NCBI RefSeq assembly: GCF_009914755.1
Contig: NC_060925.1
DNA: 64,000 nucleotides
Direction: 5' to 3' (one strand)
DNA from: the human T2T-CHM13v2.0 reference genome, Homo sapiens
Part shown: in pieces, positions 1 through 14,043 of the stretch
Numbering within the stretch: the first letter of the stretch is position 1
Layout: every line of letters starts with the position of its first letter
The notes under the pieces: generated by a model
What the model was told of the DNA's origin: nothing
Databases searched by the model: none
The model's input: the letters and a program-made list of their open reading frames with translations, nothing else
Translations under genes and position numbers: made by a program

Positions 1-214
1 CACACAGAAAGCCCTCTGCTGATTCAGAGGAGAGAAAGATAGCACACAAGCCTCAAGAGATCAAGAAGAATTTCATATCCACATCTTGAAGGACAGACAG
101 AATTTGGAGAGACTTGGATGGGTAAGAAGATGGGATTCCTGAAGAAAGGAATCTAGTAGCAAAATTAGACCAGGATGTATCACACTTATAATACATCAGT
201 GGGTGACAATACAG

Positions 215-312
215 ACTATTACCAATCAAGCAAGCTCAGCAGAGCTTCTGTATCCACAGTTTTTATTGGAGCTTCATTATGTAGGCGTGATTTATTAAAC
301 CATTGGCCATGT
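215..312 (-). mobile_element. Short degraded MER21-like LTR fragment
   Basis: TTTTATTGGAGCTTCATTATGTAGGCGTGATTTATTAAACCATTGGCCAT is the reverse complement of the MER21 segment ATGGCCAATGATTTAATCAATCATGCCTACGTAATGAAGCCTCCATAAAA (recalled). The same segment occurs in forward orientation near 5200-5232. Confidence 0.5.
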
Positions 313-439
313 GCCATTAAAACAGGTGCAATTCAGAATGTTTGAAAGGATGGGAATGAGTGTATAGTTTAGTGGTAACATATTTTTGTGAGATAAACAC
401 AGCATTTAAAATTTTAAAAAATTTGCTTCATCATAATTT

Positions 440-600
440 TATTAGCTTTACTATGTTGAGCAAAGCTCTAACTCCTCCAGCACCACTTTGCCCATTCTAA
501 AAATGAGGGTAGATAATGCCTAGCTCTTAAGGCTTTTGTGGGAGTTAAATGAGAAATATATTGAAAAACTCATATTCTGTGAACTAAATAACTTTAAGCA
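440..600 (+). mobile_element. MIR SINE fragment
   Basis: MIR core-like TTGAGCAAAG...CCCATTCTAAAAATGAGGGTAGATAATGCCTAGCTCTTAAGGCTTTTGTGGGAGTTAAATGAGA. Confidence 0.6.
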
Positions 601-1980
601 AATACAAGGTTTTACAATTTCTGTTGTTGTTTGTTTGGATTAAAGGAAACCAGCCAAGCTATGTTAAACAATATCAATGAAAAAAATATTGGAACCATAC
701 CCTGGAGGTTGGGGATAGTGTGGCTAGGATGCCAGGGTGAGGAGGCTGAGCTTTGTCCAGTAGGAACAGTAGGCACGAAGAACTCAGTTCATGTCATGTT
801 TTCAGTTGTTTTGTTTTGGTTTGGTTTGTTGAAGGTGATTATAAAAGCATTAGTACTTATTATTTCAAGAATAGCAAGCATTAACTCTGAGAAAAAGTAA
901 AATTGTTTATCTGAAATTTTCAGTGAGGATAAGCATGGAATGTGGTGCAAATTTGTCTTTGAAGATTATTTGAGCAGGTTTACTTTTTCAGTGGTAACAC
1001 TTTGGAGAAAAGACAAAAGGTTAAATACACTTACCTGGCTTCCCCATTACCCCATCTAGAAGTCAGAGTATGAGTACGATGGTCTGTGAAGACAACTTTC
1101 AGGCTGAGAACTTGAAGCACTTCCAGCAATAACTCTAGCAGTCTGCATAATTATCTTTCTGCGTCACAGTTTGCCTTATCTAGTCCTTAGAAGCTGAGGG
1201 AATGAGAAATATGACTCCTCATTTGGCTCCATAGGCAGAGTTGTGGAGAGTAGAGAAAAATATTTATCACTTTAAAGTGTCCAAAATATTCATGTACAAT
1301 TAATTTTTTAATAAGAGATTTCAAAGAGATTTACCTTAAGTAAGTCTGACCATAGAAATTTAATCAAATCATTTTAATTAACTTATTTAAATATCTAGGT
1401 GGGCTTTAATATCACAGAGCTAGAACCTAAATACTTTTATTTGCAATACTGAGATTAACTATTTTAAATTAGTTTATTGTAAAATGTTCAAAATTCAAAA
1501 ACACAAAAAGGATAACATAATAAATTTTTCTATACTGTTCACCCATATTGACCAAGTGTCAAGATTTTGCTGTACTTACTATATCTATCCATCCTTCCTT
1601 CTCATCTTTTTTGATGGCATAGCTTTCAGTTTGTTTATATCTACTTCATATCTTTAACAAATGTATAAAAGCTTTCTATAAGTTTTGCAAATTTGGTTAA
1701 GTTTATGCATAAGTATTTTTTGTTGTTATTGTAAATAGATTTATCTCCTCCATTGAAACCTCTAACTAGTTATTGGTCATATTTAATGAGGTTATTAATT
1801 TATATCAGGTGATTTTGTATTCAATTTTACCAAATTCTATCATTGTTTATAGTAGTCTTTTTCACTAGTTCTTGATTTTTTCAAATATATAATATCTCCA
1901 TTATTACATACATTTCTAGAAATTCTACAATTTTACTTTGTATTTTCCATTTAACTCGAGTCTTTAAGAAAGAGTTTTGA

Positions 1981-2346
<366 letters not shown>

Positions 2347-3755
2347 TTATTATGTCTATTTTCTAAAATTAACTGAGGTTTTTCTTTGTGTTTTAACGTA
2401 CAGTAAATGTCTACAAATAACCAAAAGCACTAGGAAAAAAAGTATATTCTTTACTATCAGGATTCAGAGTTCAATGTATAGCTATCTGAACCACCTTTTT
2501 TTAAGGCCTTCTATATTCTTAATATTTTTTAATCTCACTGTCTTGAAAAAGTGTTATAAAAATCTTCTGTTAATTGTGTCTGTCCATTCTGTCTTTCATA
2601 TTCTATGTTTTCTGTTTGTAAAAGTTGTAAAGATATTAGTGACTATTACATCTTTACTGTATATTGTATTATTTAGGTTCATTAAATGGCCTTCATGTCT
2701 TTCAATGTTTGTTGGCATGAAATCTATATTTTTCTGATATTCAGATCATGTCCTCTGCCTTCTTTTTATTTTACTTGACTGATATATCTTCATGTATATT
2801 TTTACTCTTAGCCTTTCTGATTCACTTTTTTTCCTTGATATGTTTTATATAACACCATGGAGTTAGATTTTGCTTTGTTAAGATCAACTTTTTTTTTCTT
2901 TTATAGGTAAGTAAAGTCCATTTACATTTATTAATATAATCAGTATTTTTTCTCAGTTCTGACATATTGTTTTATATGTTATTTCTTTGTTGAATCATGT
3001 GTAATTGCTAATAGCCTATTGTTTATGACCTACCAAAATGCCAATTGTATCCATAAATATTTACATATTTACATATGTCTATGACTTTTTATGCTCACAG
3101 ACATATACAATATGCATGCAAAGTGCTTTACTTTGTGATTTGCTTTATAATTATTCTTTCTTTAGAAATTTAGAAAGTTTTTTTATATTCTAGTGGTTAT
3201 CATTATTTAATACTCTAATTTCTTCTATAAAATCTCAACCAATAATCATTTTTTCTCCCCTCTTCCCTTCCCACTATCCACATTGTCTCTAGTATTAACT
3301 TAATGAAAAATTTTAAGAAAACTCAAGCTTCAACTACTTCCATTGTCAGACTCAAGCAATATCCTCTTGCTCCCACCTAGCACATACCAGGCAATCTGTA
3401 AGATTACTCTTCTTTCCATTTACTCACCCCTTTCTTGTCCTATTTTTGTTAGTTTTTATTATATGACACTGTCAAAGCACACATCAACAGTACACTTTTT
3501 AAATTCTTATCTCCAATTTCAGGTTGTTATTCTACATTTAAGTACATTCACACTTATCTCTGAAAACTTGTACTGAATTTTCTAGAATTACTTATTGCTT
3601 GTCTGGAGCTCATTCTCCAGTAAATTTCTCAGGAACAGCTCATGAGAGTAACATTCCATGAGATCTTGCAGTTCACAATGCTGGACTTTTTCCTGTTAAC
3701 ACATACAACCTTTGATTCTCATCTTCTTTTCATGAAATCATTTAAAATATTTCTC

Positions 3756-4051
3756 TTTTTGTTGTTGTTGTTGTTGTTTTGTTTTTTGAGACGGAGTCTC
3801 ACTCTGTTGCCCAGGCTGGAGTGCAGTGGCTCAACTGCATCCTGGGTTCCCGCCATTCTCCTGCCTCAGCCTCCCGAGTAGCTGGGATTACAGGCGCCCA
3901 CCACCACACCCGGCTATTTTTTTTGTATTTTTAGTAGAGACGGGGTTTCACCATGTTAGCCAGGATGGTCTCGATCTCCTGACCTCGTGATCCGCCTGCC
4001 TCAGCCTCCCAAAGTGCTGAGATTACAGGCATGAGCCACCACACCCAGTCC
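3756..4051 (-). mobile_element. AluY-like element with (CAA)n-converted tail and two small right-arm deletions
   Basis: Antisense Alu with CCATGTTAGCCAGGATGGTCTCGATCTCC (AluY-type). (TTG)n at 3759-3778 in the tail. About 20 bp missing near 3830-3841. Confidence 0.9.
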
Positions 4052-4113
4052 TTCTCTCTTTTTTTTTTTAACAGAAAATGATGCTGTTGATAATTCTGAT
4101 TTTTATGTGTGTT

Positions 4114-4251
4114 TGTTTTTGAGACAGAGTCTCACTGTGTCACCCAGGATGGAGGAGTGGCACAATCATAGCTCACTACAGCCTTGAACTCCTGGGCTCG
4201 AGTGGTCCTCCCACTTCAGCCTCCCAAAGCGCTGGGATTATAGCTGTGACC
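4114..4251 (-). mobile_element. Alu monomer (FLAM-like)
   Basis: Single ~130-bp arm: GAGACAGAGTCTCACTGTGTCACCCAGG...GAACTCCTGGGCTCGAG...CCTCCCAAAGCGCTGGGATTATAG. Confidence 0.8.
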
Positions 4252-4864
4252 TGAGAGATCTAATTCAAATCTGATTTTTTATCTCTTAAAATGACTTGGT
4301 CTCTTTGTCTGAATTCCCAAAGAGGTTGTTTTTGTTTTTGTTTTTTCTAACTTTTAACATTCAGTTATTTTATTAGGATTTCCTTGGTGATAACTGTTAT
4401 GGGTTGATTCCTCCAGTTAAAATAAATATGTAAATCTTAAAACTTCTATTTCAGCAAACTGTTCCTGATTTATAATTTTAATACTCGTTTTCCTTCCTTA
4501 GGGACTATTTTGTTGGATCCTCCTTTTTTTCATTATTTCTTTATATTTACTTGTCTTCTCATCCTTCATTTTCTCTCAAATAATTTTTATCTTTTCCTTT
4601 ATTTCTGTTTGATTTCCTTCATTTTTCCTTTTTTATCTTTTGATTTTTCTCACTGTATTTTTCCATAGTATCTTTTTCCCATGTATTGCTACTTATTAGT
4701 CTTTATTTATAAGTGTATTTTTTAAAATAACTTTCCTGAGTTCTGTAAGTTCTCAATTCATAGCCATTGGCTATTTAACTATTTCTTCTATTTCTGGTTT
4801 ATACTATTCTTTCAAAGTGTCTATTGATTTTTTAATTTATTTTCTCTCACTTTGCTATTGCATC

Positions 4865-5854
4865 TATGATATTATGATTTTATATACTTTATATATAAAC
4901 ACACGTATATAGGTTTTCATTCACCATTCCTGGATCATGACTCCGTAACTCTGGTTACAGTTTTTTTATAATCTGGGGTGCTTCATGTCTCTGGAACAGG
5001 CCTCGAGAAACAGAATCTCTCTCTTTAACCTCCTGTCCTCCTCTCACCTGCCCAAGGCAGGACTCTATCCTGATTATGGGTTAAAAGACTCTCATTCAGA
5101 GCGGGTCCTGCCCCACACCCTAAAAAAAAAGTCTGGGCAAACAGGCCTTCTGGGTTTAGATCATGCACTTTTTGCCCAATCACATGTCTACATAGTTGTC
5201 CATCATGCTTATGTTATGAAGCCACCATAAAAACCCAAAAGGACAGGGCTGAGAGAGCTTCCAGATAGCTGACACGTGGAGGTTCCTGGAGGGTGCTATG
5301 TCAGGGGAGGACGTGGAAGCTCCGCACCCCTTCCCCCGTGCCTTGCCTTATGCTTCTCTTCATCTGTATTTGCTTCTCCATGAAACAGGAAAAACACCCG
5401 GTATTTCCTTATCTATGAAACAGGGATCTTTAGTGATATACTTGTAATATACCTTATAATACACTGGTAAACTTAAGAACTTAAGTGTTTCCCTGAACTG
5501 CTTCAGCAAGTTAATCGAACCCAGAGGGGGTCGTGGGAACCCCAACTTGAAGCCATTAGGTCAGAAGTTCAGATTTGCAGCAAGGAGTGTCTGCCACAAG
5601 GGTGTGTTGGCGGGGGCAGTCTTGGGGTCTGAGCCCTCAGCCTGTGGGATCCGATGCTATCTCCAGGTAGCTAGAGTGGGAATTGAACTAGAGGTGAATT
5701 TGAGGTGAATTAGAATTGAATTACTTGGTGTCCACTGTTTGTCGGTGGGGAACCCCCCCCCCCCAAAGAATTTGGCCATAGAAGTCTTCTTTTGTGTTCA
5801 TTGCTGTGGCGTGAGAGCAAAGAAAAAATTTGATTCGGGTGTTTTTCCGAAACA
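4865..5854 (+). mobile_element. MER21-family solo LTR (MER21A-like)
   Basis: Matches recalled MER21 blocks: CATGCTTATGTTATGAAGCCACCATAAAAACCCAAAAGGACAGGG, GGAAGCTCCGCACCCCTTCCCC, GGGGGTCGTGGGAACCCCAACTTGAAGCC, CAGTCTTGGGGTCTGAGCCCTCAGCCTGTGGGATC. Ends ...AACA. Confidence 0.8.
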
Positions 5855-7109
5855 GAATGTTATAGTTTTCATCTGCTTTGTGTCCACTTTTTCTGGTGTT
5901 ATTTATTTCGTTATTACCTTTTTTTAAATAATAACTTTGAATTATTTAGACTATTTTTTTTTCTGTGTGTTCCCTGTTTAAATGAAATGGCTTTTCCTAG
6001 ACTATTAAGGGACAGTTCCTGGTCAGTGGGGGCCAGGGGATGAACTAGGGTCACTCTCTCAGCTTCATCTTTTCTTGTTATTAAGAAGGACTCAAAATAC
6101 ATCATCCCATCCATCTCTCAGGCCTACGCCTGGCCAAGAAGGTTTCCTGCCTTCAGTTCTATGTTTCCCAGAGCTCTCCCCTTTAGACAAGTTATTTTTT
6201 TCTTACATGACTTCCCGGGATCTGACTCCTTTGGGCCCACAACCTCCTCCCCACACCGCTTACCATCTCAACTGTCCAGAGTTACTGCCCGGCTCAACGT
6301 GTCTGCTTCTGGCGGTTTTCCCCTCTGGAAAAGGATATTATTGGATATTTTGGCAATCATCCAGGGTTTGCTCTACTGCCTCACTCTCAGGTCTCTTGTG
6401 ATGCTGTCTGCAGGCTCCTGCTTTCACTTGCAACTCTGAGCATATCGGAATAGTAGTTTCACAGTTATTCTCAGGCTTGTCCACACAGATTTTTATTCCA
6501 GATTAGGCCTTCTTTTAAGGGTGAGTCTTCATGGGTGATCTTGGGTTCTATAGCTTACAGGGCTTGTCAAAGGTTTGCATTGAGCCCACCACTCTCTTTT
6601 CCTGTTTCTGCCACCTCGCACCATCTGAACCCCAGTGTTTCTACCCTGCTCAGTTGCTGCCACGACTCCACAGCGGATTGCCTTTAGGTGCCATTTCTAC
6701 ATGTGGTTTTGACTACAGCAGTACTGTAGGGTTTAGAGATGTTTCCTATCACCTAGTATTTAAAAATATATAATCTAGGCATATTTTTACACTATTTCTA
6801 ATTTTCTGTTTGGTTTTCTGGAGGAGTTTTGAAAAGATTAAGAAACTACACTGCCACCATAATCTCACTAGGACCAGAACTCAGGATCAATTTTTCTTAG
6901 AGAATGTGGAAGAATGAAGCTTCCACATATTCTTTATAAAATCTTATAATTTTAGAATGTGAGTTCTCTAAAACTCTTAAAGGTCACAGAGTCCAATACC
7001 TTCCTGTAATAGGAAAGATAATTGAGGTCCAGAGAGTGAAAAACAAGGCTCTCTCAAAGTCAGTGTAGAAAGTAGTAGAGCCAAGTATAAAATACAGCTT
7101 TCCCTTAGT

Positions 7110-7720
7110 CTTGGTGTTAGAAGGAACCTCAGGGCATGTGGTCCATCTTCTTACCCAGTGCAGAATTCCCCAGGAAGACAGGCAGCCAATATCCCCTTGA
7201 ATATCTTAAAGGATGAGATGTCTAACTCAACCAGTTCCCCATGTGGTAAAGACAAACTTGTCTTTTCACTTTTTTCCTTTTTCAAAAGTATAAACGGAGA
7301 CACACAAGGATGAATTGATGCAGGTGTTATTGCGTTTGTTCCCTGTTTCCTCTCAGTTTAGAAGCTGACTTGGAAGCACCTCTAGGTTGATTCACAGCCT
7401 GAGTTGGACACAATCTTTAAGTTCATCTAGTCTAGTGGATTCATTAGTCTATGCTTAAACATGCCTGGCAGCTCACTCTATCATCAATTGTTCAGGAGTT
7501 CTTCCTAAAGTGAGATGATGCACATGAGCGTATTTGTGGATTACACAACCTTATATAAATCTAAGATTGTCAGATTTATTATGTTGAATGGAATTTTCTC
7601 CCCTTTAACTTCTAAGCATTGTTCTTGGTTCCGCCCTCTGAAGCTATGCAGAAAAAGTCTCATTACTCTTGTACTTTGCAGTGCTTGAAACGCTGGAAGA
7701 GAGCTATGGGGCTCCTTCCT
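7110..7720 (-). mobile_element. CR1/L3 LINE fragments (with MIR debris nearby at ~6950-7100)
   Basis: L3-like phrases GTTAGAAGGAACCTCAGGG...GGTCCA and TTCTTCCTAAAG...AACTTCTAAGCATTGTTCTTGGTTCCGCCCTCTG; highly diverged. Confidence 0.4.
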
Positions 7721-8442
7721 TGTGGCTAAGGCTTATCTTTTTCCATGGTTATAAACAAAGCCAGCACTTTTATTCCTCCTGTGGCATTGTCTGCAGTACT
7801 CCCAGCAATCTGTTTTTTCTCCTTTAGCACACTAAAGCTTATTAATGTTTCTCTTAAAACGCCAAAAATAAACAGAGTGGGACTCGACTTTCTTTGTCTC
7901 AGCATCACACTTACATCAGCACAGTGTAAGATTATGAGTCATTCCAGTGCTTCTTATTGTGCCTTATTTGTTTTCAGCTTGCAGTCAACTAAAAACACCT
8001 AATATTTTCTAGTGAACTTCTAGTAAAGCGGTTCTCCAACTTATTGGGCATGGGCCGTTGATATTTTTGTCCTTGATGTAGGAAAATAGCTTTGTAAGCA
8101 GCAACACAAGTCCTTTCAGAACTCCAGTGACTGACTGAATCTGGGGACCTTGAGTCTTTTGGGCATCAAGGTTTTCTCTGATATGCTCCATCCCTTTCTT
8201 GGGATTTAATTCTTCCTTGGCTATATTTGTTCTACTCCTTTTCATTTGAATATCATACTCCTAGATATACAAGTCCAAAGAAAAGTAGTGGGTGAACAAT
8301 CCCCTTCTCACTCTTGGTAATAATTTCTACCACTTTCTACTACTCCCCTGGCATCACTGCTGTTTTCTTTTTACCACTGTCTGTACCAGTATATCATTGA
8401 CTACCCAAGCAGGGGTGCATGCTGGTCTCATTCTCCTGTTTA

Positions 8443-9088
<646 letters not shown>

Positions 9089-10933
9089 TCTCCTGTTTAA
9101 ACATACAGTGGGGGGTCAGGGAGAGGGCATGATCAGGAAGACATAAAATTGGATGGTACATACAGACCCTCTTTAAGAGGCAGATATCTGCTGTCAGTAC
9201 CTCTTGACATACATTCCCCGCCCACTCATTATCCAGGACAACACCTTTATATCTTCTAATCCCTGTATTTCCTTATCTATGAAACAGGGATCTTCAGTGA
9301 TAACCTACCTTTCCTTTGTAGGATAACCTACATTCCCTTAGGACATTCCTAATAATATAAATTATTCTTTCTCACTGCCCTATTTACTATGCAGACCTTA
9401 TCTATTGAGGCTGTATGCTAAAGAAGACCCTTATGGTGCTAAGGAGTACACCCTGGGGCCAAGAATTCGAAAGCCTTCACCCTAGTGTGAGTTGTCAAGT
9501 GCTGGCTGGCCAGTTTCTGTAAAGGAGCCACTAAACCACTAATGAGAGCCTCAAAAATAAACATACCACAAAACAAACACATGGAGAGAAAAGGTTAAGT
9601 TAACTTGTAAGTACTTTCCTATCATTTTTCCTGATCATGCCCAAATACTGGTCATAGGATTTCCTTTTATGTTGATAAGGGAGAATGGAGGCTGTGAAGA
9701 GGAAGTAGGACTCAAAGATGAGAACAAGGGTGAAGCATAAACTGGTCTATGAGCTGGGATTCAGACGGCATATATCCCACTTCCAAAATTGTGGTGAACA
9801 CCATGAGGTCAATAAACATTACCGAGAGAGAGATGTATTTTCATATTTATTCACTACTGAATGAATATAAATGAATATATACATATACTTCTGTATACTT
9901 TTGTACATCCACCTACTCATATGCCAGTCTGAAAGACAGAATATTCCCATTACCCATCATGGAATTCCTCTGTGTGCCCATCACCACTCTCATCTACTTC
10001 CCTATTCTCTTAGAACCTGTTTTTTCTGTTTATTGATCTTCTGTTTTTCTTTATTGTTTTATGGCACACATTTTTATTTCTAAACAGTATATTATTTAGT
10101 CTTGCATGTTTTTTAACTTTATGTAAGTGGAATTACACTGTGTATTTCTTTGCCTTGCTTTTTTGTTTGTTTGTTCAATTTCATATTCCTGAGATTCATC
10201 TATGTTGCTGTAAATTGCTATAGTTCATTTGTTTCTACTGGTATATAGTATCCCATTTATTCAGCAATATATTATCCATTCTATTTGGATTGTTTCTAGT
10301 ATTTTTATTTTTATCACAAAGAATGCTAGGATTAACATTCCTATGTATGTCTCCTTATGGTATGGACCAGAGTTTCTCTAGGTGTATATCATGGAATAGA
10401 GTTGCTAGGTCAAAAGCTATATGTATTCTTAAGTAAACTGGATAATTCTAAGTTAAAAAAAACTGGCACCAATTTTCATTTTTACATACTGTGTATAAGA
10501 GTTCTGATTGAAGTCACATCCTTGCCAAACCTGAAGTAGTCAAACTTCTAAATTTTTGCCAATCTATTGAATATGAAATATTTCCTTATGGTTTCAATTA
10601 GCATTTACCCACTAATGAGGTTGAATGTTTTGTTTTATGGTTTTCTTCATTTCTTGTTCTTTATCTTTATCTTCTTGTAGTTTATTCATTTTTATGGATG
10701 TTTGGGTAGTTCTTGATACTTTTTTTAATAGATTCTATATACTAATTATTTGACAATTATATGTGTAACAGAACTTTCACTCAATTTGTATGTTGTATCC
10801 TTAACAATTTTTATTTCCCTTTGAAAAATCAAACTCCTTAATTTGAATCTAGTTTCACTGGGTGTTTTTTCTATGCATGAGATAATATATCTCCCCAGTC
10901 TGTCCCTTTCCTTTTTATTTATGTAACAGTTAA

Positions 10934-11312
<379 letters not shown>

Positions 11313-11476
11313 TAGAAATTGTTTAACTTCAGAAAATATCTTCCTATTTTTTTCAAAAATCTTTACATTTTAGCTTTTAAATTTACATCTATTTGTTATT
11401 TGTTTTGTATGGTGAGGTAAGTGTTTGGAGTTCATTTGTTTCCCCATGTAGATATTCAGTTGACTGAGCACAATAG

Positions 11477-11796
<320 letters not shown>

Positions 11797-13472
11797 AAAA
11801 AACTTTTTTCTATTGAATTACTTCAGTGTCTTTATGAAAAATCAGTTGACTGTATCATTGTGGGTTTATTTTGAATTATCTATTTTGTTTTGGTAGTTTT
11901 CAACCAATATGTCTTCAAACATTTTTTTTCTGCCCCATTCTCTGTCTCTTCTTTTGGGTCTCCAATTACACATATATTAAACTGCTTAATATTGTTACAT
12001 GGGTTTCTAAAGCTTTGTTTCTTTTTATTCAATATTTTCCTCTCCATTTCTCAGCTTGTATAATTTCTAACGTTCTAGTTTTATGTTTATTGACTTTCCT
12101 CTACCACCTTCAATCTGCTATTAAACCCATTTAGTGACTTTTTCATTTTATAGTATTTTTCCTCTCTAAAATTTTCATTTTGTTCTCTTTTATAGGTTTT
12201 ATTTCTCTAATTATATGCCCCATCTGCTCATTATGAATATATCTTCCTCTAAGTCCTTAAACATATTCATAATAGCTGCTTTAAAGTCTCTGTCTTCTAA
12301 TTGCAACATCTGCATCATCTTGGAGTTGGGGTCTTTTGAGTTATTTTAATCTTCGTTATTGGTCACATTTTTCTATTTCTTGCACATGTGTATTGATAAT
12401 TGATCAATACTGGACATTATAAAAATTTATGTAGAGTCTGAATTTTGTTATTTTTCCCTGAAGAATTATTTTTGTTAAATATGCTGGACTTGAAACTCCA
12501 AATTTTGTCTCTCCTGCAATGTATGTGTGTTGTTTTCTTTTTTCTTATTTGTCACACTTCCTTCTGGGATTTTCTCTATGCAAAGAGAGTTAATGGTCAG
12601 CCAAAGAATTAGGTGGATTTTATGTGCAGATTTCAGGGTTCATTCCTCTGTGGATCTCTATCTTCTAGGATTTCTCACCTAATTTTCTACCTTTTTTACC
12701 AGTCTCAATTTCTATTCCTTAACACATTAAGCCAATAAGACTGTGGCTTTCTGCACATTGGGATTTGTTGCATTGGAGAATGCCACAAACTAAAATATAT
12801 CCTTCACAGTTAATTTTTATACCATTGATTCCTCATTAGTTTCTTCCTGTATTTGGTAATACTCCTGTTTCTCTAAAAACTTAGATAATTCTAAAAATAT
12901 TTTCCCATATTTTTAATTGTTATCTAATGAAAGACTAATGCAGCCAAGTTTTTCTACTGTTACTAGAAGCCAGAACAATTGATGTATTTTTTTAAATTAC
13001 ATTTTCTCAGTGTTTTTTGCTGGTATAGAAATGCAATTAATGTTTGTATGTTGATTTATATCCAACATCCTTGCTTAACTCTCTTCTTTATTCAAACACA
13101 TTAGATCATTGCAGGTTTTTTACATATACAATAATATAATTGTGAAAAATCACACTTTTGTTTCCTCTTTTCAGATTCTTCTACTTTTTATTATGTTTTC
13201 TTGCCTTTCGGTACTGGCTAGGACTTTCAGTGCAATGATCAATACAAGCGGTAAGAATAAACACTCTTGACGTGTCAATTTTTTTGCCATTAATTAACAG
13301 TTAATTTGAGGTTTCTTGTGGCTTTCACTTAACTGTTAAATAAATTATTCTTTTTCTAATTTTCTAGTTTTTTAAAAATCATGTAAATGTGTAGAATTCA
13401 TAAAACACTCATCTACATCTATTCAAATAACTATATGATTTTGATTTTTTTCTTAATGTATTAATGCATTGA

Positions 13473-13792
<320 letters not shown>

Positions 13793-14043
13793 TTGATGGT
13801 CTAAGGTTAAACTAATCTTGTATTAAAGAGATCTAACACAAGATCTGGTAATCACATATCATCTTTTTAATCCATTACAGGATGTTATTTGCTAATATTT
13901 TGTTTAGAACTTTTGCATCCATGTCCATAAGAGATATTGACCTATAATAACCATTTCTTGTACTGTTGTTCAACTATTGGTATCAGCATTTAGACTTCTA
14001 AGACAGAAACCATTGAAGAGTCTTATAACTCTAGAGGAAACAT

